53,466 bases of DNA from Defluviitaleaceae bacterium (lineage in GTDB: Bacteria; Bacillota; Clostridia; Lachnospirales; WRAX01). Position 1 is the first letter of the stretch; every line of letters begins with the position of its first letter. Position numbers and translations under genes: made by a program. The notes under the pieces are model-generated. The model was not told the DNA's origin. It worked only from the letters and a program-made list of their open reading frames with translations, and searched no databases. Where the stretch lies: assembly GCA_009781625.1 (NCBI GenBank), contig WQVI01000002.1, positions 1 through 53,466 of the forward strand, in the 5' to 3' direction. This document shows positions 47,506 to 53,466 of this stretch, piece by piece.

Positions 47506-47589
47506 GCGGGGTAAACCCCGCTAAAGTAACGACTACAAGTCGGGCGGCATTGGCTTGTAGCCGTTACTTCTAGTCGGGTTCACCCGACA
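47506..47589. repeat. ~80-nt palindromic intergenic element, copy 1
   Basis: GCGGGGTAAACCCCGC, then TAAAGTAACGACTACAAG...CTTGTAGCCGTTACTTCTA, then GTCGGGTTCACCCGAC. This gives two terminal hairpins flanking a long central stem. Confidence 0.7.
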
Positions 47590-47609
47590 CTGTGTATAAA
47601 GGAAAAATC

Positions 47610-49160
47610 ATGAACTGGAAAAAATATCGCGACTTTTTTGAAAACAACAAAATATCAGAGGACCATTTTGTGCTGGGCATTGACATGGGCGCCGCAACTT
47701 CCGCCATATCCTATTTTGACCCCATCCGCCGCGCGGCAGAGGTACTGGATATCAGCGGCGGCTACGGCAAAGCCTCTGCGCCCACAGCCCTGCAATACAT
47801 CGCTGACACAAAGGAATGGATTTTTGGAGAATACGCCATCCTTAATGTAGATGGCGATGCCAACGCTTTTTTGCTTACAAACTTTGCATCCAAGATGGGC
47901 ACTGGCGAATATATAGACATTGGTACGGGCACCAGGCCTGTGGTTGATATTGCGGCAATTTACTTAAAAGAGCTTATTGCAAATTGTCGCAACATCAATC
48001 CCAAGGCGCAAATAGCGGGCATTGTGGCTACTGTGCCCGACTTTGCAACAGGCGACGTCAAAAACGCTATGCTTGCGGCCTTTAGGGCAGCAGGATATGA
48101 AAGAGTGCTTATAGACCTTATTGACGAGCGTGAGGCACTGCTAACCCGCTATTTCCACAATAAACCAGCCCTAAATGACGAAAGAATATTGGTTTTAGAT
48201 TTTGGCGCGCGCGGCCTGCGCGGCAGCATTTACGATATATCAGACGGCGGACACAATATCAAATGCCTGGCGGCCATGATAGATGAAGATTTAAGCACAT
48301 CTGCCGTGGACGGCTCTATATATGCGCTTTTGGCGGACTATTATTGCAAAAATCAAAAAAAGTCAGCGGCAAAGCTATCTGAAACAGAGCGACAGCAACT
48401 TTACACCTTCGCCCATCAGCATAAAGACATGATATTGGGCCACGACAGTGATAAGGACATTAAACTGTATTTCAACTTCACCTACCCGCCATTTTCGGCG
48501 GCGGTGCCTCAAGGCGATATTTACGGCATTATACAGGCCTATGGCCAAAAGATGCTTGGATTTGTTAACGACCTGTCATCAAAAGTAATGGCCGACAGCA
48601 AGGCCTTTAACGCCGTGATATGCACAGGTGGCGGCTTTGAGATGCCTTGGGCCAAGAAGCGCATCACAACGCTGTTTGGCAAAGAGAGGGTGCAGGTTTA
48701 CAAAAATTCTAAATCTGTGTTGGCCGAAGGGGCCACATATGCGGCAGCTGGCCGCCTGGGTCTTTTACCACAAATGCATTTTGACATAGAGGACGGCCAC
48801 AAAATCCCCTGCGATATTGGCATCCGCATCGCAAATGACGGCAAACACCGCTTCTTGCCTGTGCTGGAGCATGATAGCCTGCTATGGCAAAAGCCCCGCA
48901 CCGTCTATGTCATCTTGCAGGACGAAAACGCCGGCAAAAGCGAAATTGAAATTTTCAAAAGAGATAGAAGCGGCGAGGCCGTGCGCATAGGGGCCGCGCC
49001 CCTTGAGGGCTTTCCTGCACGGCCGGCGGGTGCCACAAAGATATCCATTGGCGTGGTGCCCAAAACTAGAGAAAACTACACCGTTACCATAAAAGACCTA
49101 GGCTTTGGCGAAATTTTTCCGCCGTCGGGCATTTCTAAAAACATTGAGGTGAGCATATGA
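47610..49160 (+). CDS. Hsp70-family protein 2 with degenerate nucleotide-binding loops
   Basis: It is a clear paralogue of the next gene, sharing the MxWxxYR N-extension and the GGxxEMPW motif. Phosphate-1 reads GIDMGAATS, phosphate-2 reads LDFGARGLRG, and the NEPTAAA equivalent reads LIDEREAL. The start is set at the ATG at 47610. Confidence 0.75.
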   Translation: MNWKKYRDFFENNKISEDHFVLGIDMGAATSAISYFDPIRRAAEVLDISGGYGKASAPTALQYIADTKEWIFGEYAILNVDGDANAFLLTNFASKMGTGEYIDIGTGTRPVVDIAAIYLKELIANCRNINPKAQIAGIVATVPDFATGDVKNAMLAAFRAAGYERVLIDLIDEREALLTRYFHNKPALNDERILVLDFGARGLRGSIYDISDGGHNIKCLAAMIDEDLSTSAVDGSIYALLADYYCKNQKKSAAKLSETERQQLYTFAHQHKDMILGHDSDKDIKLYFNFTYPPFSAAVPQGDIYGIIQAYGQKMLGFVNDLSSKVMADSKAFNAVICTGGGFEMPWAKKRITTLFGKERVQVYKNSKSVLAEGATYAAAGRLGLLPQMHFDIEDGHKIPCDIGIRIANDGKHRFLPVLEHDSLLWQKPRTVYVILQDENAGKSEIEIFKRDRSGEAVRIGAAPLEGFPARPAGATKISIGVVPKTRENYTVTIKDLGFGEIFPPSGISKNIEVSI

Positions 49161-50836
49161 AATGGGAAGAATATCGCAGCGAAATAGAGGCCAAGGGCAA
49201 AGTGCCAGAGGATTGGTATATTTTAGGGATAGACCTTGGCACCACAAATTCCGTCATCAGCTATTGGGACGATAGCGCCAAAAGGCCAGAACCCATCGAC
49301 ACTTCCAACGGCTTTGGCAAGGTGCCCCTGCCCAGCGTGGTGCAATATCGCCCCGAGGACGACGGCGAAGGCGAATGGGTTGTAGGCGACGAGGCCCATC
49401 GCAGCTTTAAAATTTATCCGGAGACGACAATACGCTCTATCAAGCGCAAAATGGGCACGGACGAAACCGTGGAAATTGGCGGCAAAAAGCATCTGCCGGA
49501 AGAAATATCCGCCAAAATATTGCGCGAACTTGTGGACTATTGCACCAGCCTAAACCCCAAGGCGGAAATTGCGGGCCTTGTGGTTTCTGTGCCTTACGAC
49601 TTTGACGATGCCGCCAAAAAAGCCACCATGCGGGCCTGCGAACTTGCGGGCCTGTCTGACAAACTGATATGCCTGATAGAAGAGCCCAAAGCCGCCGCCC
49701 TAAATTTTAATTTTAGGCGCGAGCTGACCCAAGACGAAAAGATTTTGGTGTTTGACTTCGGCGGCGGCACCCTGGACATAACCCTGTTTCATGTGGCGGA
49801 AAAAACCGAGGGCAAAATTGTGCTGCAAGTGATTTCCGAGGGCGGCGAGGCCCATCACGGCGGCGACAACATCGACGATATGATTTTGGAGAAATGCTAT
49901 GCCCTCATCAAGGACAAAATTGGGCAAGATGCATCTGATATCGCGCCCGAAAACGCCGCAGAGCTTATTTTGCGCAGCCGCGAGGCCAAAGAGCGTCTGT
50001 CCGGCGTAAAGTCCTTTCGCATCCCTTTTACATTTTGCATCCCGCCCTTTGTAGAGCAAATTACCCGCGAGCAATTTGAAACCCTAATTGCGGATTTTAT
50101 AGAGCGCACCCGCAAGCTGGTGCTAAAAGCCCTGCGCGAGGCCTATACCGGCGCCATCCTGCCTGACAATATTGACAGGGTGCTGATAGAAGGCGGCTCT
50201 TCGGAGATGCCATGGATAAGAGACATGTTTATCGAGATTTTTAACGACGAAAACAAAATTTATAAATCAGAAAAGCCGGCCCATAACATTTCGCTGGGGG
50301 CCACATATTACGCAGCTATGAAAATGGGGCTTTTAACCAGCCCCGATATGGAAGCCCAGGGCGGCGGGGCGCAATCACCCGCCTCGCTAAATGTAGAATT
50401 TGAAGTAACCGTGCCTCACGACATTGGCCTTGAGATACAAAAAGGCACGGGAAAGTCTTTTTTCCCGATGATACGGCGCGGCACGCCCTATGCGCTGGCG
50501 AAGAAAAGCCATATCTTCACCCTTTCGGGCGTGCAACCCGAAGATATGACCCAGCTTGACCTAAAAGTGATGGAGCGCATAGACAAAGACGATAAAATTG
50601 AGGATTGCAAGCTTATTGGCGAAGTGGCCATACGCGGCCTGCCACAGCGGCCTTCCGGCAAGACGCGCCTAAAGGTGACGCTGCTGGTGGAAGAAGAAGG
50701 CGGGCTTGTGAAGGGTGCCGTAGAAGACATGGGCTTTGGTGACGAATACGAGCCAAGCGGCTATAACGAAACCTTTGACCCTTCGCGGTTTAACAAGCGG
50801 ATAGTTGGAAAAGGGGACGCAAATGAAACGCTATAA
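49157..50836 (+). CDS. Hsp70-family protein 3 (lid-less, motifs intact)
   Basis: The motifs are GIDLGTTNS, VVSVPYDFDD, IEEPKAAALN, VFDFGGGTLD, HGGDNIDD and IEGGSSEMPW, then a beta SBD. It forms an ATGA overlap with the Hsp70-2 stop. Confidence 0.85.
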   Translation: MKWEEYRSEIEAKGKVPEDWYILGIDLGTTNSVISYWDDSAKRPEPIDTSNGFGKVPLPSVVQYRPEDDGEGEWVVGDEAHRSFKIYPETTIRSIKRKMGTDETVEIGGKKHLPEEISAKILRELVDYCTSLNPKAEIAGLVVSVPYDFDDAAKKATMRACELAGLSDKLICLIEEPKAAALNFNFRRELTQDEKILVFDFGGGTLDITLFHVAEKTEGKIVLQVISEGGEAHHGGDNIDDMILEKCYALIKDKIGQDASDIAPENAAELILRSREAKERLSGVKSFRIPFTFCIPPFVEQITREQFETLIADFIERTRKLVLKALREAYTGAILPDNIDRVLIEGGSSEMPWIRDMFIEIFNDENKIYKSEKPAHNISLGATYYAAMKMGLLTSPDMEAQGGGAQSPASLNVEFEVTVPHDIGLEIQKGTGKSFFPMIRRGTPYALAKKSHIFTLSGVQPEDMTQLDLKVMERIDKDDKIEDCKLIGEVAIRGLPQRPSGKTRLKVTLLVEEEGGLVKGAVEDMGFGDEYEPSGYNETFDPSRFNKRIVGKGDANETL

Positions 50837-51188
50837 GGCAGCGGCAATTATTATGATAGCCCACGGCCTTATAGAAATAGGCGGCTTCTTTTCAATGCTT
50901 CCGATATGGCTGTTTGGAGCACAGCCGGCCCAAGCTATTCCTTTTGATGCTCCGCCCCCAGAGATAGCCATTGCAGGCTTAATTTGGGGCACAATTAGGC
51001 TAACAGGCGGCGTTGCGCTATTTAAAAACCTATTTTGGGGCCTGGCACTTTCTGTAATAAACTGCATTATCGCCCTAGCTATGATGATAACCCTATTACC
51101 CTTCGGAATTATGGACGGCATATTAGCAAGCGCAGCATTGATTTTAATGTTGACCCAGTATTTCGGAAAGAAAAAGATTGTTGAATAG
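50823..51188 (+). CDS. Small 4-TM membrane protein, cluster component
   Basis: The start is set at MKRYKAAAIIMIAHG..., overlapping the Hsp70-3 3' end. It has four hydrophobic helices and no motif. Confidence 0.55.
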   Translation: MKRYKAAAIIMIAHGLIEIGGFFSMLPIWLFGAQPAQAIPFDAPPPEIAIAGLIWGTIRLTGGVALFKNLFWGLALSVINCIIALAMMITLLPFGIMDGILASAALILMLTQYFGKKKIVE

Positions 51189-51226
51189 AAAGCACAAAAC
51201 TTTGCTGTGAACAGGAGGAGAATGAT

Positions 51227-53308
51227 ATGAGCTTTTTAGGAATTGACCTTGGAACCACCAACAGCGTGGCTATAATTTACAAGGACGTGGCGGGGGACAT
51301 GGAAGTTGTGCGCATCGACGGCACAGACGAGATACTGCCGTCTGTCGTTAGCTATTTGGATGAGGGCGTAGTTGTGGGCGGCGAGGCCAAAAGCGGCGCC
51401 ATTATCTACCCGGAAAGCACTGTGATATCCATAAAGCGGATGATGGGCAGTGACGAGAAGATTATCGTTGGCGGCGTGGAAAAGACACCTGAGGAAATAA
51501 GCAGCGAAATTTTGCGCAAGCTAAAGAAGTCCGCGGAAGAACAAGCCGGAGAGACCTTTGACGAGGTTGTTATCACCCATCCCGCATATTTTAACGATAG
51601 GCAAATTTATGCCACGCGCCAAGCAGGATTGCTGGCAGGCTTTAAAAATGTGTTTCTGCTATCAGAGCCTTTAGCGGCGGCGATAGAATATGGCTATCGC
51701 CAGGGATATGCCCAAACCCTGCTGGTGTACGACCTTGGCGGCGGCACCTTTGACGCCTGTGTGCTGCGCGTGGGTAAGGACGAAAACGGCCAAGAAATTT
51801 TCCAAGAGCTGGCCGACGTGGGGGACATGTCCCTTGGCGGTGATGACTTTGACAGCGAGCTTATACGCTGGATGAAGGAGAAGTTTAAGGAAGAATCTGG
51901 AATAGATTTGGACGGGCTGGATAATGCAGAGCGCAAGCGCGTGTTGCAAAAGCTGAAATTTGAGGCCGAGGCCGCTAAGAAAAAGCTTTCAGGCACCAAC
52001 AAAGCTCAGGTGCGCATAAATCCCCTTGTTATCGTGGATGGTGTGCCCCAAAACCTGTCCCTGGAGATAACCCGCGAAGAATTTGAGGCCATGATACGCA
52101 AATATGTGGACAGAAGCCGCGACATCATCGAAGAAGCCCTAAAGCGGGCTGGATGCGGCGCGGATGAGATATCTAAAGTGATATTGGTGGGCGGCTCTAC
52201 ATTGATACCAATGGTTAAGCGCATGGTGGCAGGCTATATCAAAGAGCCTTATCGCGCGACGGACCCTGCAAAGTCCGTAGCTATGGGTGCCGCCATCTAC
52301 AACTATCTGATGCATCTGCCAAGCTCTAATGTGGTGGTAGGGCAGGTTACGCGCCAAATTTTCGGCACGGAAGCCGTTGTAAACGTGGCCACAAGGGAAA
52401 AGGCGATGATACCCATCATCCCCATGGGCAGCCCAATACCTTCAAGCTTCTCGGATGCCAATTTTGCGGCCGCGGGCGCATCAACTGTCAATGTGGATGT
52501 ATATCAATGGGAGCAAGGGCACGAGCACGACAGGAAATACATGGGCAGCGTTATTATGTCCGGCCTTTCAGGCACAACACAACTGGAGATAACCTACGCC
52601 ATCGACGAAAACAACCTCTTCGAGGTTTATGTCAAAGACATAGCCACGGGTAATATGCAAAAAGCAGAATTTGACCGTACCCAGTTTGTAGCACCACCCA
52701 GTAGGGGCGACCTGCGGTCGCCCGAACACAGCGGCAACGTAAATGTCGTCTTCTGCATTGATACAACAGGAAGCATGGACACCTACATCAACGGTGTCAA
52801 AGACCGTGCCATAGAATTTGCGCAAATCCTAGCCAGCAAAGGCGCCACATTTAAGCTGGGCCTCATAGGCTTTGGCGACCTGGGCGAAAACGAAAAGCCC
52901 AGCGTATACAACTTTACCAACGATGTGACCAAATTTCAAAAGCAGGTGAAAAATATACCGCGGACATATGGTGGCGATATTCCAGAATCTGCCCTGGATG
53001 CCCTGGAGACGGGCATAGAGCTTCTTTCATCCACCCGTCACGAGGTTGCCTCAAAATCTATATTCATTCTTATCACCGATGCGCCACCTCATGTGCCCAC
53101 ATATACGGGCAAATCTGTGATGGACATCTGCGATATGCTTAACAGCAACGGTGTGGTGACATATGTGGTGGCCAGAAAAGACCGGGACAGCATAGAAGCC
53201 TACGACCCCATAACCAAGCCCCATGGCAAGTATTACGACCTTTCTGATAAGTTTTATGATATTTTGGATAATATAGCCGCCAGCATAGCGGAGCTTATAA
53301 GGCTGTAG
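51227..53308 (+). CDS. Hsp70-family protein 4 fused to a C-terminal vWA (MIDAS) domain
   Basis: AGGAGGAGAATGAT precedes the ATG. The motifs are GIDLGTTNS, VITHPAYFND, SEPLAAAIEYG, VYDLGGGTFD, LGGDDFD and LVGGSTLIPMV, with a beta SBD. After a linker comes VNVVFCIDTTGSMD...IGFGD...GGDIPES...FILITDAPPH, a vWA fold with a DxTxS MIDAS. Confidence 0.85.
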   Translation: MSFLGIDLGTTNSVAIIYKDVAGDMEVVRIDGTDEILPSVVSYLDEGVVVGGEAKSGAIIYPESTVISIKRMMGSDEKIIVGGVEKTPEEISSEILRKLKKSAEEQAGETFDEVVITHPAYFNDRQIYATRQAGLLAGFKNVFLLSEPLAAAIEYGYRQGYAQTLLVYDLGGGTFDACVLRVGKDENGQEIFQELADVGDMSLGGDDFDSELIRWMKEKFKEESGIDLDGLDNAERKRVLQKLKFEAEAAKKKLSGTNKAQVRINPLVIVDGVPQNLSLEITREEFEAMIRKYVDRSRDIIEEALKRAGCGADEISKVILVGGSTLIPMVKRMVAGYIKEPYRATDPAKSVAMGAAIYNYLMHLPSSNVVVGQVTRQIFGTEAVVNVATREKAMIPIIPMGSPIPSSFSDANFAAAGASTVNVDVYQWEQGHEHDRKYMGSVIMSGLSGTTQLEITYAIDENNLFEVYVKDIATGNMQKAEFDRTQFVAPPSRGDLRSPEHSGNVNVVFCIDTTGSMDTYINGVKDRAIEFAQILASKGATFKLGLIGFGDLGENEKPSVYNFTNDVTKFQKQVKNIPRTYGGDIPESALDALETGIELLSSTRHEVASKSIFILITDAPPHVPTYTGKSVMDICDMLNSNGVVTYVVARKDRDSIEAYDPITKPHGKYYDLSDKFYDILDNIAASIAELIRL
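52701..52724. repeat. 24-nt hairpin module, in-frame coding copy (Hsp70-vWA linker)
   Basis: GTAGGGGCGACCTGCGGTCGCCCG encodes S-RGDLRSP-E. The TAG at 52702-52704 is out of frame here. Confidence 0.7.
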
Positions 53309-53317
53309 GGCAGATGT

Positions 53318-53395
53318 GTCGGGTAAACCCGACTAAAAGTAATGACTACAAGTCATACGGTTTGTAACCGTTACTTCTAGTCGGGTTTACCCGAC
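53318..53395. repeat. ~80-nt palindromic intergenic element, copy 2
   Basis: GTCGGGTAAACCCGAC, then TAAAAGTAATGACTACAAG...TTTGTAACCGTTACTTCTA, then GTCGGGTTTACCCGAC. It is a near-perfect palindrome, alignable along its length with 47506-47589. Confidence 0.7.
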
Positions 53396-53413
53396 ATCCC
53401 CGATGGAGATTTG

Positions 53414-53466
53414 ATGACAAACCTATACCTAACCGCATCACAAAGCGAAAATGATATACCCTACAC
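53414..53466 (+). CDS. Start of a further cluster ORF (truncated by window end)
   Basis: GGAGATTTG precedes the ATG. It begins MTNLYLTASQSENDIPY... on the same strand, right after the palindromic element. Confidence 0.4.
   Translation, partial: MTNLYLTASQSENDIPY

Noticed and set aside
52703-52711. RGD tripeptide in the Hsp70-vWA linker as an integrin-type adhesion motif
   Set aside because: It is a by-product of translating the GC hairpin repeat (AGG GGC GAC). There is no secretion signal on the protein and no reason to infer host-cell adhesion.
1-53466. CRISPR arrays, rRNA/tRNA genes, transposases, integrases and prophage boundaries
   Set aside because: I saw no regularly spaced direct repeats, no tRNA-like T-loop or acceptor patterns, and no DDE, tyrosine or serine recombinase-like ORFs on either strand. 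The Hsp70 cluster is therefore not visibly part of a mobile element within this window.

Overview
This 53.5-kb chromosomal window looks like it comes from a Clostridia-class Firmicute. The inference rests on strong GGAGG-type ribosome-binding sites, GerMN, LysM and copper-amine-oxidase 'stalk' domain proteins, and lepA/hemW and rplI/dnaB neighbourhoods. Positions 1-38100 are mostly housekeeping genes: MoxR plus a DUF58 fragment, gltX, proS, a cobalamin-riboswitch-controlled btuFCD-like ABC operon, lgt, a phosphosugar mutase, hemW, lepA, a PBP5-like protein, rplI, dnaB, and aspS-hisS. Several smaller oddities sit among them. These are a candidate type I toxin/antisense-RNA module, a ~160-nt perfect-arm hairpin ahead of the B12 riboswitch, a catalytically dead D,D-carboxypeptidase homologue, and a gene split by one in-frame TAA. 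The standout region runs from 38556 to the window end. It is a single-strand, tightly packed cluster of at least 10 genes behind a near-consensus promoter. It encodes four lid-less Hsp70 (DnaK-like) paralogues, one with degenerate ATP-binding loops and one fused to a vWA/MIDAS domain. It also encodes a 610-aa protein ending in a clear GrpE C-terminal domain, a 904-aa helical-repeat protein, a beta-rich protein and two membrane proteins. I found no J-domain protein and no CIRCE operator. The cluster is punctuated by a family of palindromic intergenic elements. A 24-nt stop-plus-hairpin module found once between genes recurs in-frame as the Hsp70-vWA linker. I do not recognise this architecture as any named system. 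No rRNA, tRNA, CRISPR array, transposase or integrase was seen.
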